Part shown: in pieces, positions 28,987-37,346 of the stretch
Position numbering within the stretch: position 1 is the first letter of the stretch
Layout: every line of letters begins with the position of its first letter
Assembly: GCA_049304095.1 (NCBI GenBank)
Contig: JBAQNU010000029.1
Location: 98,222-162,221, forward strand
DNA length: 64,000 bases
Reading direction: 5' to 3'
Source of the DNA: Candidatus Moraniibacteriota bacterium
Lineage (GTDB): Bacteria; Patescibacteriota; Minisyncoccia; Moranbacterales; UBA2206
Translations under genes and position numbers: made by a program
The notes under the pieces: generated by a model
The model's input: the letters and a program-made list of their open reading frames with translations, nothing else
Database searches by the model: none
What the model was told of the DNA's origin: nothing

Positions 28987-30165
28987 TTATATATATGTAG
29001 AATTTATCAATTCTTCTGGCAGATAGTCTTGCTCACGACTATCTTCGAGTGGGGTGTATTTGTAGCCTTTGCTATAGCCCAATTCTTTCATCAGTTTTGT
29101 TGGGGCATTTCGCAGATGCAGTGGGACTGGGAGATTGCCGAATTTTTCCACGTCTTTTTTGGCTCGGCCATAGGCCTCGTAGGCGGTGATGTCTTTTTTG
29201 GATTTCGCCATATAGATCACGCATTGAGTGAGGTGGACGTTGCATTCCGGATAGCCCAGCTTGTGGCAAGCATCAAAAACGGCATTGGCCAAAAGCAGGG
29301 CGGTGTTGTTGGCGAGGCCAATGTCTTCGCTGGCAAAACGGACGAGGCGTCGGGCGATATAGAGTGGATCTTCTCCGCCTTCAATCATGCGCGCGAGCCA
29401 ATAGACGGAAGCATCGGGGTTTCCGCCGCGCATCGATTTGTGGAGAGCGGAAATAATATTGTAGTGTTCTTCGCCGGATTTATCATAAAGCAGATGGGAT
29501 TTTTGCAGGACTTCTTTCACGAGTTCCGGGGTGATATTTTCCGTCTGGTTGACGCAAGCCTCGAGAGTGTTGAGCGCCATGCGCGCATCGCCATTGGAAA
29601 GATTCGCAAGTAACGTTATCGTGTCAGAAGCTATTTTAATTTTTTTCTCAGTTTTGATTTTTTCTAGTGCGCGTTCGATTATTTTTTTCAAATCAGTCGG
29701 CGTCAGTTTTTCCAAAACAAAAACACGAGTGCGGGAAACTAAAGCGGAGTTGACTTCGAAACTGGGGTTTTCGGTGGTGGCGCCGATGAGGGTTATCGTG
29801 CCATTTTCAACATAAGGAAGGAGCGCATCTTGCTGGGCTTTGTTCCAGCGATGGATTTCATCAATGAACAGAATCGTTTTTTTGTTTTGGAGTTTATTCT
29901 CATTGGCTTTGGCAATAATTTCCAAGAGCATTTTTTTGCCGGACGAAACGGCGCTGATTTTGAGAAATTCTGATTTGGTGGCAGTGGCGATGATGTGGGC
30001 GAGAGTGGTTTTTCCGGAACCGGGCGGACCCCAAAGAATCATCGAAGGAATGGAGTCATTTTCAATGGCACGAAAAAGATAGGAAGTTTTTCCGATGAGT
30101 TTTTCTTGGCCGAAAAAATCAGCGAGATTTTGGGGACGGATGAGATCGGGGAGTGGGGTAGGCAT
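28987..30165 (-). CDS. rarA: replication-associated recombination protein A (AAA+ ATPase)
   Basis: LWGPPGSGKTTLA Walker A. LFIDEIHRWNKAQQDALLPYVE. Confidence 0.85.
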   Translation of the reverse strand: MPTPLPDLIRPQNLADFFGQEKLIGKTSYLFRAIENDSIPSMILWGPPGSGKTTLAHIIATATKSEFLKISAVSSGKKMLLEIIAKANENKLQNKKTILFIDEIHRWNKAQQDALLPYVENGTITLIGATTENPSFEVNSALVSRTRVFVLEKLTPTDLKKIIERALEKIKTEKKIKIASDTITLLANLSNGDARMALNTLEACVNQTENITPELVKEVLQKSHLLYDKSGEEHYNIISALHKSMRGGNPDASVYWLARMIEGGEDPLYIARRLVRFASEDIGLANNTALLLANAVFDACHKLGYPECNVHLTQCVIYMAKSKKDITAYEAYGRAKKDVEKFGNLPVPLHLRNAPTKLMKELGYSKGYKYTPLEDSREQDYLPEELINSTYI

Positions 30166-30253
30166 AGTTTTTTGATTAATTTATAGAGTTAGTATATCAC
30201 TTTTTATATTTTCTTTGCAAGCTAAGTTTTTGGTATGTGCTATAATGAGTTAT

Positions 30254-31093
30254 ATGACAAAAATAATCGATGGGAAGAAAATATCAGAAGAAATAAAAGA
30301 AGAGCTGAAAAGCGAAGTTTTGGCTTTGGCGAAGAAGGGAATCGTGCCAGGACTCGCGGTGATTTTGGTTGGTGAGGATAGTGCTTCGCAAATTTATGTC
30401 AAAAATAAAGAACGCGTGGCGAAAGAGGTTGGAATAAATTCGGAAGTGATGAGATTGCCCGTTTCGACTTCACAGGAAGAATTGGAAAAAATAATTTTGC
30501 AATATAATGCTGATGAGAAAATTCATGGGATTTTGGTTCAATTGCCATTGCCAGAAAAAATTGATGCGAAAAGAATTATCAATTTGATTGATCCGAAAAA
30601 AGATGTGGATTGTTTTCATCCTGAAAATGTGGGACGGATGATGATTGGGGACGCGCGGTTTTTGCCTTGTACGCCGGCGGGAATTTTGGAACTCCTCGAT
30701 CGAAGTGAAATTTTAGTCGAAGGAAAAAATGTTACGATTGTGGGGAGGAGTAATATTGTGGGAAAACCACTAGCGGTGATGCTTATCAATCTTGGAGCAA
30801 CGGTGACGGTTTGCAATTCAAAAACTAAAAACTTGGGTGAAATTTGCGCGCAGGCGGATGTTTTGGTTTCGGCGACAGGGCGCGCGGGACTGATTTGTGC
30901 TGAGATGGTAAAACAGGATGCGGTGGTTGTGGACGTAGGAATTAACCGTAATGTCGATGGGAAATTAGTGGGTGATGTGGATTATGTCAATGTTTGTAAT
31001 AAAACACATTGTATTACACCAGTGCCGGGCGGAGTGGGGCCGATGACGATTATGATGCTCATGCGAAATACAATAATAGCTTCCAAGCTTTAA
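30254..31093 (+). CDS. folD: bifunctional methylenetetrahydrofolate dehydrogenase/cyclohydrolase
   Basis: FolD-like throughout (…HGILVQLPLP…GRSNIVGKP…PVPGGVGPMT). Confidence 0.85.
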   Translation: MTKIIDGKKISEEIKEELKSEVLALAKKGIVPGLAVILVGEDSASQIYVKNKERVAKEVGINSEVMRLPVSTSQEELEKIILQYNADEKIHGILVQLPLPEKIDAKRIINLIDPKKDVDCFHPENVGRMMIGDARFLPCTPAGILELLDRSEILVEGKNVTIVGRSNIVGKPLAVMLINLGATVTVCNSKTKNLGEICAQADVLVSATGRAGLICAEMVKQDAVVVDVGINRNVDGKLVGDVDYVNVCNKTHCITPVPGGVGPMTIMMLMRNTIIASKL

Positions 31094-31102
31094 TTAAAAA
31101 AT

Positions 31103-31396
31103 ATGCAAATAGAAATTAAAAATGTATTAGGTAATCCGGTAAATAACTTGCGCCGGTTGGGGTATGCGTTTCAGCGGCATGAGGGTGATGAGATGAGTTT
31201 TGTGCGTCCAATGGCCGCGGCTGGTTATCCCAGATTTCATATGTATGTCAAAATGAATGGCACAGATATGCTAATCAACATTCATCTTGACATGAAAAAA
31301 GAAACTTATGGCGATGATACGCGTCATCATGGAGAATATGGCAACGATGGAGCATTGAAAGAAGAAGTGCGAAGACTTAAGACACTTTTGGAGTAG
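31103..31396 (+). CDS. hypothetical protein
   Basis: ORF only. Confidence 0.35.
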   Translation: MQIEIKNVLGNPVNNLRRLGYAFQRHEGDEMSFVRPMAAAGYPRFHMYVKMNGTDMLINIHLDMKKETYGDDTRHHGEYGNDGALKEEVRRLKTLLE

Positions 31397-31445
31397 TTGG
31401 GTTGCTAAAATCGTTTTTACGTCGTATGATGAATTGTGCGTGGAG

Positions 31446-31529
31446 GGGCGAATGGCGAAATTGGCAGACGCGCTAGCTTCAGGTGCTAGTCCTAGCAATA
31501 GGGTGGAGGTTCAAGTCCTCTTTCGCCCA
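31446..31529 (+). tRNA. tRNA-Leu (CAG), long variable arm
   Basis: GGGCGAATGGCGAAATTGGCAGACGCGCTAGCTTCAGGTGCTAG...GGTTCAAGTCC. Confidence 0.8.
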
Positions 31530-31553
31530 CAAGAGCACGGAAAATGGAATAAT

Positions 31554-31637
31554 GCCCAGATGGCGGAATTGGTATACGCGCCAGTCTTAGGAACTGGTTC
31601 TCGCAAGGGATTGGAGGTTCGAGTCCTCTTCTGGGCA
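31554..31637 (+). tRNA. tRNA-Leu (TAG)
   Basis: GCCCAGATGGCGGAATTGGTATACGCGCCAGTCTTAGGAACTGG...GGTTCGAGTCC. Confidence 0.8.
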
Positions 31638-31695
31638 CAATTAAGTTAAGTCACGCGTCCCGCCGAGGCGGGATTCTCGCAAGGGATTGGAGGTT

Positions 31696-31756
31696 CCCTG
31701 CCTACGCTGAAGCTTCTACCTTCGTTGAAACTTCGGTAGACAAGTCGGCAGGCAAG
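31696..31756. repeat. GC-rich hairpin element inserted in the T-loop of a duplicated 3-prime half of tRNA-Leu(TAG)
   Basis: TTCTCGCAAGGGATTGGAGGTTC-[element]-GAGTCCTCTTCTGGGCACAA duplicates the tRNA 3-prime half. Preceded by the GTCCCGCCGAGGCGGG hairpin. Confidence 0.6.
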
Positions 31757-31782
31757 GAGTCCTCTTCTGGGCACAATATGTT

Positions 31783-32742
31783 ATGCAAAAAATAATCATC
31801 ACAAAAGAAATTGCCGGTGAGCGGTTGGATAAATTCCTTAGTAGTGGGAATTTTTTTGATGGTCGTGTCACTCGGAGTGAACTTTCTCGGCAGATTAAAG
31901 CTGGGACAATTTTGGTGAACGAGGGAATGATAAAATCAGGTTATATCCTCAAAAATAATGATGTGATTACTTTTGATTTCAAATTCAGCGAGGAGAAAGT
32001 ACTTTTGCCAAAAATTAAAAAAGCATTGTCGATAATTTTTACTGACGAAAATATTATTGTGATTGACAAACCGGCTGGGATGCAAGTGCACCCGGATGAC
32101 ACGCGAAAAGAGGAAACTTTGGTGAATTATTTGGTGGCGCAGTTTCCCGAAATCGAAACTGTTTGTGATGACACTAAGGAAGGAAGATTGCGACCGGGAA
32201 TTGTGCATCGATTAGACAAAGATACGAGCGGAGTTATTGTGGTGGCGAGAAATATGAAAGCATTTACCGAACTGAAACGTCAATTTCAAGACAAAGAAGT
32301 AGAAAAAAAGTATCAAGCGATTGTGTATGGCGTGCCTGATCCGGCGGAGGGTGTGATTGAAAAAGCCTTGGCTCGTTCGGCAGATTATCGTCGGCAAGTG
32401 GTGGCAGGACGAAAAACTAAGACAAAAATTCGCGAAGCAGTGACGGAGTATCGAACGCTAAAAACTCTGGGAGATGATTTTGCTCTTCTGGAGCTTTACC
32501 CAAAAACTGGTCGGATGCATCAAATTCGGGTGCACTTGACTTCAATTGGGCATCCGATTGTGGGGGATAAGAAATATTTTTTGCGAGGCATCGAGAGGCT
32601 CGACTTTGCCAGAAGACAGCTTCTCCACGCGCAATCGATCAAATTCACACTTTTTGGTAATGCTTATGAATTCGATTCCCCACTTCCGCAGGATTTTTTG
32701 GATTTTGACCGATTCCTTGACGAAACCGCTGGAAAGAGATAG
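31783..32742 (+). CDS. rluD: RluA/RluD-family 23S rRNA pseudouridine synthase (S4 domain N-terminal)
   Basis: HRLDKDTSGVIVVARN catalytic motif. Confidence 0.8.
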   Translation: MQKIIITKEIAGERLDKFLSSGNFFDGRVTRSELSRQIKAGTILVNEGMIKSGYILKNNDVITFDFKFSEEKVLLPKIKKALSIIFTDENIIVIDKPAGMQVHPDDTRKEETLVNYLVAQFPEIETVCDDTKEGRLRPGIVHRLDKDTSGVIVVARNMKAFTELKRQFQDKEVEKKYQAIVYGVPDPAEGVIEKALARSADYRRQVVAGRKTKTKIREAVTEYRTLKTLGDDFALLELYPKTGRMHQIRVHLTSIGHPIVGDKKYFLRGIERLDFARRQLLHAQSIKFTLFGNAYEFDSPLPQDFLDFDRFLDETAGKR

Positions 32743-32848
32743 TATAAAAAAGCGAAAAATCACGCCAGTAGGCGCAATTTTTGGTGAAGTTTGAAAGGCT
32801 GTTTTTGGCCTATTTTAATTTAAAGTAATAATTTGCTATAATAACCGT

Positions 32849-33301
32849 ATGGAAAAGAAGATTATCGAGTTCAATAAGACTCAAAGAGCATTAAAAGACA
32901 CGCAGGAATTTCACAGTGGAGATGTTGTAAAGGTGTTTTTGCGGATCAAGGAAGGCGCGAAAGAAAGAACGCAAATTTTTGAGGGACTCATTATCGCGAT
33001 TAAAGGCGGACAAAGCTCTTCCCCAACTATTACTGTGCGCAAAGTGACGCATGATGTGGGAGTGGAAATGATTGTGCCGATTGGTTCCAAGAATGTGGAA
33101 AAAATTGAGCTAGTGAAGCGGGCCAAGGTACGTCGCGCAAAGTTGTATTATGTTCGAACACTCACGACCAAGCAAAGTCGCATGAAATACAAGGACATTA
33201 AAGATGTAAATAAGAAAGATAAGCCAAAGGTAGGGGCTGTAAAAAAAGAAGCAGTTGTGGCTGAGAAAGTAGAGGAAAAAGTTGAAAAAGCTAAAGCCTA
33301 A
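32849..33301 (+). CDS. rplS: 50S ribosomal protein L19 with Lys-rich C-terminal extension
   Basis: FHSGDVVKVFLRIKEG...RTQIFEG L19 signature. Confidence 0.8.
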   Translation: MEKKIIEFNKTQRALKDTQEFHSGDVVKVFLRIKEGAKERTQIFEGLIIAIKGGQSSSPTITVRKVTHDVGVEMIVPIGSKNVEKIELVKRAKVRRAKLYYVRTLTTKQSRMKYKDIKDVNKKDKPKVGAVKKEAVVAEKVEEKVEKAKA

Positions 33302-33311
33302 ATAGTTTTTC

Positions 33312-33405
33312 GCGCCTTCGTGGTGGAATTGGTATACACACATGCAAGAGGCGCTGGGTCGCAAGCCCGCCGCGGCGGGGGGTTCGAGTCGCGTGTCTTG
33401 AGGGA
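33312..33405 (+). pseudogene. tRNA-like remnant (tRNA-Leu-type D-arm and T-loop) disrupted by a CCCGCCGCGGCGGG hairpin
   Basis: TGGTGGAATTGGTATACAC and GGTTCGAGTC present, but no foldable anticodon or T stems. Confidence 0.3.
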
Positions 33406-33459
33406 GACTTTAGTTGGGATGAGAAAATGAATTGGCTTGTGGTATAATAAAAGCTCAAG

Positions 33460-33543
33460 GGGCGGATGGCGGAATTGGTATACGCGCAAGCTTGAGGTGC
33501 TTGTGGGAGCAATCCCTTGGAGGTTCGAGTCCTCTTTCGCCCA
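33460..33543 (+). tRNA. tRNA-Leu (GAG)
   Basis: GGGCGGATGGCGGAATTGGTATACGCGCAAGCTTGAGGTGCTTG... Confidence 0.8.
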
Positions 33544-33550
33544 CAATCCT

Positions 33551-33623
33551 GGATCCTTAGCTCAATGGCTAGAGCACCTCGTTTACACCGAGGGGGTTAT
33601 AGGTTCGAGTCCTATAGGGTCCA
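33551..33623 (+). tRNA. tRNA-Val (TAC)
   Basis: GGATCCTTAGCTCAATGGCTAGAGCACCTCGTTTACACCGAGG...GGTTCGAGTCC. Confidence 0.8.
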
Positions 33624-33627
33624 CAGA

Positions 33628-33950
33628 GCCGAGTTAGCTCAGTGGTAGAGCAGAGGACTGATTTTCGGTCCGCTCTGAAGTAATTCAGAGATGAGAATTG
33701 GATGAATTCGAGGAAGCCTAAAACTAATTTTATTAGAAATGGTAATCTCGAGCTAAGCTTCAAAGGGCGTAAGGTTTTGAAGAAAGTGTAGAGACTAGCA
33801 AGTGAGTCCCAACAATAATCTTGCATTAGCGTCCGATATCCTATTTTGCTAAGTAGCAAAAGGATAATGAAATAGTCCGATCCTTGGGGAAACTCAAGAA
33901 AAATGAGTAGGAAAATCCTTGTGTCCCCGGTTCAATCCCGGGACTCGGCA
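33628..33950 (+). tRNA. tRNA-Phe (GAA) interrupted by a ~251-nt intron between positions 33 and 34
   Basis: Exons GCCGAGTTAGCTCAGTGGTAGAGCAGAGGACT / GAAAATCCTTGTGTCCCCGGTTCAATCCCGGGACTCGGCA closely match a canonical bacterial tRNA-Phe. Confidence 0.7.
33660..33910 (+). other. putative group I self-splicing intron in the tRNA-Phe anticodon loop
   Basis: 5-prime exon ends in U paired with a G of the internal guide GGUCC (P1 GGACU/GGUCC). Intron ends in G. R-like AGAGACUAGC and S-like AAUAGUCCG elements. No ORF. Confidence 0.55.
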
Positions 33951-33954
33951 CGGA

Positions 33955-33982
33955 TTGCATAAAATTGAACCTGTGGTATAAT
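33955..33982 (+). promoter_or_regulatory. promoter TTGCAT-16-TGgTATAAT (extended -10)
   Basis: Read directly upstream of 34011. Confidence 0.45.
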
Positions 33983-34010
33983 TTATCTATTAGCCATAGG
34001 TTCAATTTTT

Positions 34011-34694
34011 ATGAGAAAAGATAAAGTCAAAGCGCTAGCGCTTAGAAAAAAAGGTTTTAGCTATAATGAAATTAGCAAAAAACTAGAAGTTCCTAAAAGC
34101 ACGCTAAGTTATTGGTTGGCAGATGTAGTAATTTCACAAAAAGCGAAAAACAGAATTGCAAGTAGGGTTTTTGCAGGAAGTGTGAAGGGGCTGATTGAGA
34201 GAAATAAAAATCAAACGGCACTAGCGAAAGAAAGAGCAAAAGCTATTCGAGAAATTGCAAAGAAAGAAGTTAGAAATTTAATGAAAAACAAATTATTTTT
34301 GGTGGGCATTTCCCTGTATTGGGCGGAGGGATATAAAAAGGGTGCTTATGGAAGTAAATGGAAAGCAGTGGATTTTGCCAATTCCGATCCTGAGTTAGTG
34401 AAAATAATGATGAATTTTTTCAGAAAAGTTTGCAGAGTAGAAAGTGAAAAGATAAAAGTTCAGCTAATTGCTCATAAAAATATTGATATGGACGAAGCGG
34501 TGAGCTATTGGTCTGGGCTTATGAAATTATCGAAAAGTCAGTTCATGAAAACAAGTTGTGCGGTGAGTAGCGCGAGCAAAGGCAAGAGAAACAAAAACAG
34601 TTTGACGCACGGAACAGTTCATATTAGGATAAATGATGTAAGGCTATTTTTTCGGATTATTGGCTGGATCGATGGATTGAAGTTGTATATATAG
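34011..34694 (+). CDS. HTH-containing protein with a single LAGLIDADG-like motif (LFLVGISLYWAEGY); candidate free-standing homing endonuclease
   Basis: N-terminal HTH (GFSYNEISKKLEVPKSTLSYWL). Motif resembles the LAGLIDADG core. Position next to the intron-containing tRNA. Confidence 0.35.
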   Translation: MRKDKVKALALRKKGFSYNEISKKLEVPKSTLSYWLADVVISQKAKNRIASRVFAGSVKGLIERNKNQTALAKERAKAIREIAKKEVRNLMKNKLFLVGISLYWAEGYKKGAYGSKWKAVDFANSDPELVKIMMNFFRKVCRVESEKIKVQLIAHKNIDMDEAVSYWSGLMKLSKSQFMKTSCAVSSASKGKRNKNSLTHGTVHIRINDVRLFFRIIGWIDGLKLYI

Positions 34695-34742
34695 CTTATA
34701 GTTATTGTTTTTGGCGGGCTTGCCCGCCGAAGCGTAGCATAG

Positions 34743-34814
34743 GCGGGTATCGTATAGTGGCTAATATACGTCCTTGCCAAGGACGAGCGACGGGTTCGAT
34801 TCCCGTTACCCGCT
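34743..34814 (+). tRNA. tRNA-Gly (GCC), discriminator U
   Basis: GCGGGTATCGTATAGTGGCTAATATACGTCCTTGCCAAGGACG...GGTTCGATTCC. D-stem has a G10-U25 wobble. Confidence 0.7.
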
Positions 34815-34953
34815 CAAGATGGCAGAAGCGACTCTTTTTTGGGTCGTTTTTGCTTTAGATAAGTCAAAAGTATCCAGTTCGAGAAAAGTCGAGGACGGTC
34901 CTCGATTTTTTATACTGCTTTACGCTAGATTTATGCTATAATTGACCAAATAT

Positions 34954-35568
34954 ATGAAAATACTGATAGCAACCCATAATCAATCAAAGTTCAAGAGATA
35001 TAAAAAAATCTTAGAAGCTATCGATTTTATCGAGCCAGTGTCATTGGCTGATTTGGGTATTACTGAAAAAGTTGAAGAAAATTATTTAACAAATGTTGAA
35101 AATGCCTTGTTTAAAGCTAGAAGTTATGGAAAAATGTCTGGCCTTATAACTGTGGCAGTGGATGAGGCTTTGATGACAAATTTCTTGCCAGACAATGAAC
35201 AGCCAGGCGTTTATGCCAGAAGATTTGCCAAAGACAAGAAAGAATTAACCGATGTTGAGCTGATTGATGTTTGGAAAGAAATATTTAAACTATACCCACA
35301 AGAGGACAAACAATTTATTTGGAATTTTGCAGTGGCCTATTTTAATCCACGCAATAATTCGGAAGGCGTAGAATGCATTGAAGGAATATCGCATATTGCA
35401 AAATACTTTTCTGCTCTCAAGACAAGTGGTTATCCGATGTCGACATTGTTATCTTCAGCAAAAGACGGAAGGCCGTATATTGAAATGAGCCAAGATGAAA
35501 AATATAAAAAAGACAAGATTAATTTCAAACACTTCATCAGAATATTTAAGGAATGGTTAGAAAAATAA
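34954..35568 (+). CDS. rdgB: non-canonical purine NTP pyrophosphatase (Ham1/RdgB family)
   Basis: KILIATHNQSKFKRYKKIL, YLTNVENALFKAR and PGVYARRFA align with the RdgB motifs. Stop is 4 nt before the RT start. Confidence 0.65.
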   Translation: MKILIATHNQSKFKRYKKILEAIDFIEPVSLADLGITEKVEENYLTNVENALFKARSYGKMSGLITVAVDEALMTNFLPDNEQPGVYARRFAKDKKELTDVELIDVWKEIFKLYPQEDKQFIWNFAVAYFNPRNNSEGVECIEGISHIAKYFSALKTSGYPMSTLLSSAKDGRPYIEMSQDEKYKKDKINFKHFIRIFKEWLEK

Positions 35569-35572
35569 ATAT

Positions 35573-37072
35573 ATGGCAAAAAATGTATTAAATTTAAATC
35601 AAAAAAGTGCAAAAAAATTCTTTCTTAGTCAAGAATGTTATTTGAACATCGAATTGCCGCCATATTTTAAGTTTGATGAGTTGCTTGCAGAAGTTGACAA
35701 CGAATCAAATTCGTTGATATTAAGCGAAAAAGATTTAAAGAAAGCGAAGAAAAATGAAACAATAAATCATATTTTATATGGCAACAAGGATGGTAAATAT
35801 GCTTGGAGAAAATATGAAATTATAAACCCACTGATGTATGTATCGCTGGTAAACGTTATTACAGAAAAGGATAATTGGGATTTTTTAAAAAATAGATTTA
35901 ATGAATTTCAAAAAGATAGCAATATAGAATGCGAAAGCATCCCAGTTTTAGCTGGCACTAAATCAAAACAAAGAGCATCTCAGATTTTACGCTGGGTCAA
36001 TAGAATTGAAAAAAGGTCACTTGCACTAGCGTTGGAATATAAGTATTTATATCAAACAGATATTTCTGATTGTTATGGTTCTATATATTCTCATTCATTG
36101 CCTTGGGCCATACATACCAAAGAAACATCGAAAAATAATAGGGGCTTCAATGGTTTGTTTGGAAATAAGATTGACCAGCACATACAAGCTATGTCTTATG
36201 GAGAAACAAATGGCATACCGCAAGGGAGCACTTTAATGGACTTTATAGCAGAAATTGTTCTTGGTTATGCGGATATGCAATTGTCAGATAAATTAAAAAA
36301 AGAATTAAGGGAAAAGAAGTTTCATATTTTGAGATATAGAGATGATTATAGAATTTTTGTAAACGATGTTGCTGACGGGGACATTATTTTAAAGTGCTTG
36401 AGTGAAGTTTTATTAAACTTAGGATTCAGATTGAATGCCAATAAAACATCCTTTAGTGATGATGTTATTGGCGGGTCAATAAAAAAAGATAAAATTGACG
36501 AATTACGAATAGAGGAAACACCGAAAAAGTTATCCAAAAAGGGACTACTTAGACAATTGCTTATAATTCAACAACTGGGTAAGCAATTTCCTAATTCTGG
36601 AACAGTAGTTAGGCGACTCTCTCACATTTTGGATAATGTTAAACCAAAGGATTTTTATTTGCAAGAGAAAATAATAGTAAGTGTGCTTGCTGATATAGCC
36701 TATAACAACCCAAACTCCTTTCCTCTTGTGGCTGGTTTAGTTTCAAGCTGTATCGCCAAGGTATCAAAAAAAGAGAAAGGGGAGCTGTTAATTTCAATAC
36801 AAAAAAAGGTTTGCTTGCTTCCAAATGCTGGCCTTTTGGAAATATGGACGCAAAGGATAGCTCTTGGAATAAAACTTAAATTGGAATTAAATGAAAAACT
36901 TTGTTGTTGTGTTTACGACTCAAATTTTAAGATATTCGAAACGAATTGGATAGAATATCCCAGAATTAAGGCTATTATAGACGACGGTTCTTATGTTGAT
37001 ATGGATAAAATAGAGAAACTTAAGCCGATAATAAGCAATAAAGAAGTCCAAATATTTACTTATGGCGGTTAA
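35573..37072 (+). CDS. reverse transcriptase, defence-associated/Abi-UG type (RT domain plus alpha-helical C-terminal extension)
   Basis: RT motif A DISDCYGSIY, motif B-prime GIPQGSTLMDFIAEIVL, motif C RYRDDYRIF and a downstream NANKTSF. No retron VTG. No DGR SQ motif. Confidence 0.75.
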   Translation: MAKNVLNLNQKSAKKFFLSQECYLNIELPPYFKFDELLAEVDNESNSLILSEKDLKKAKKNETINHILYGNKDGKYAWRKYEIINPLMYVSLVNVITEKDNWDFLKNRFNEFQKDSNIECESIPVLAGTKSKQRASQILRWVNRIEKRSLALALEYKYLYQTDISDCYGSIYSHSLPWAIHTKETSKNNRGFNGLFGNKIDQHIQAMSYGETNGIPQGSTLMDFIAEIVLGYADMQLSDKLKKELREKKFHILRYRDDYRIFVNDVADGDIILKCLSEVLLNLGFRLNANKTSFSDDVIGGSIKKDKIDELRIEETPKKLSKKGLLRQLLIIQQLGKQFPNSGTVVRRLSHILDNVKPKDFYLQEKIIVSVLADIAYNNPNSFPLVAGLVSSCIAKVSKKEKGELLISIQKKVCLLPNAGLLEIWTQRIALGIKLKLELNEKLCCCVYDSNFKIFETNWIEYPRIKAIIDDGSYVDMDKIEKLKPIISNKEVQIFTYGG

Positions 37073-37135
37073 TTTCAGATAAATCCTTTGTTCATAAGCC
37101 CAGTTCTAACCGTATTAACTAAGTAGCTCAGATAA

Positions 37136-37172
37136 AACAAAAATCTCCATCAATGGAGATTTTTGTTTTTTT
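37136..37172 (+). terminator. rho-independent terminator (AAATCTCCAT-CAA-TGGAGATTT TTGTTTTTTT)
   Basis: Read directly after the RT gene. Confidence 0.65.
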
Positions 37173-37346
37173 GCGGTAGTTTTTCGAAATGGAGATGGTC
37201 TTATTCAAAAAAATGCTTTTCCGTTGGCATGTTAATTCGGCCTAGGACCGTCTTCGATTTTTTGACTAAAGTTGACTTTTCTACATATCAATCCCATTTC
37301 CACAAGTGTATTATAAAAAATTAGCTCCCAATGTTATAATTGAATT

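Noticed and set aside
26670-31093. fhs, rarA, folD clustering as a novel system
   Set aside because: This is an ordinary one-carbon metabolism gene neighbourhood. rarA is an unrelated housekeeping insertion between the two genes.
33312-33405. Functional extra tRNA-Leu
   Set aside because: Anticodon and T stems cannot be formed. Treated as a remnant.
35573-37072. Retron or diversity-generating retroelement RT
   Set aside because: No VTG motif after the YxDD box and no flanking msr/msd-type inverted repeats for a retron. The QG of motif B-prime is intact (DGR RTs have SQ) and no TR/VR repeat pair was seen. No group II intron domain V or other ribozyme sequence.
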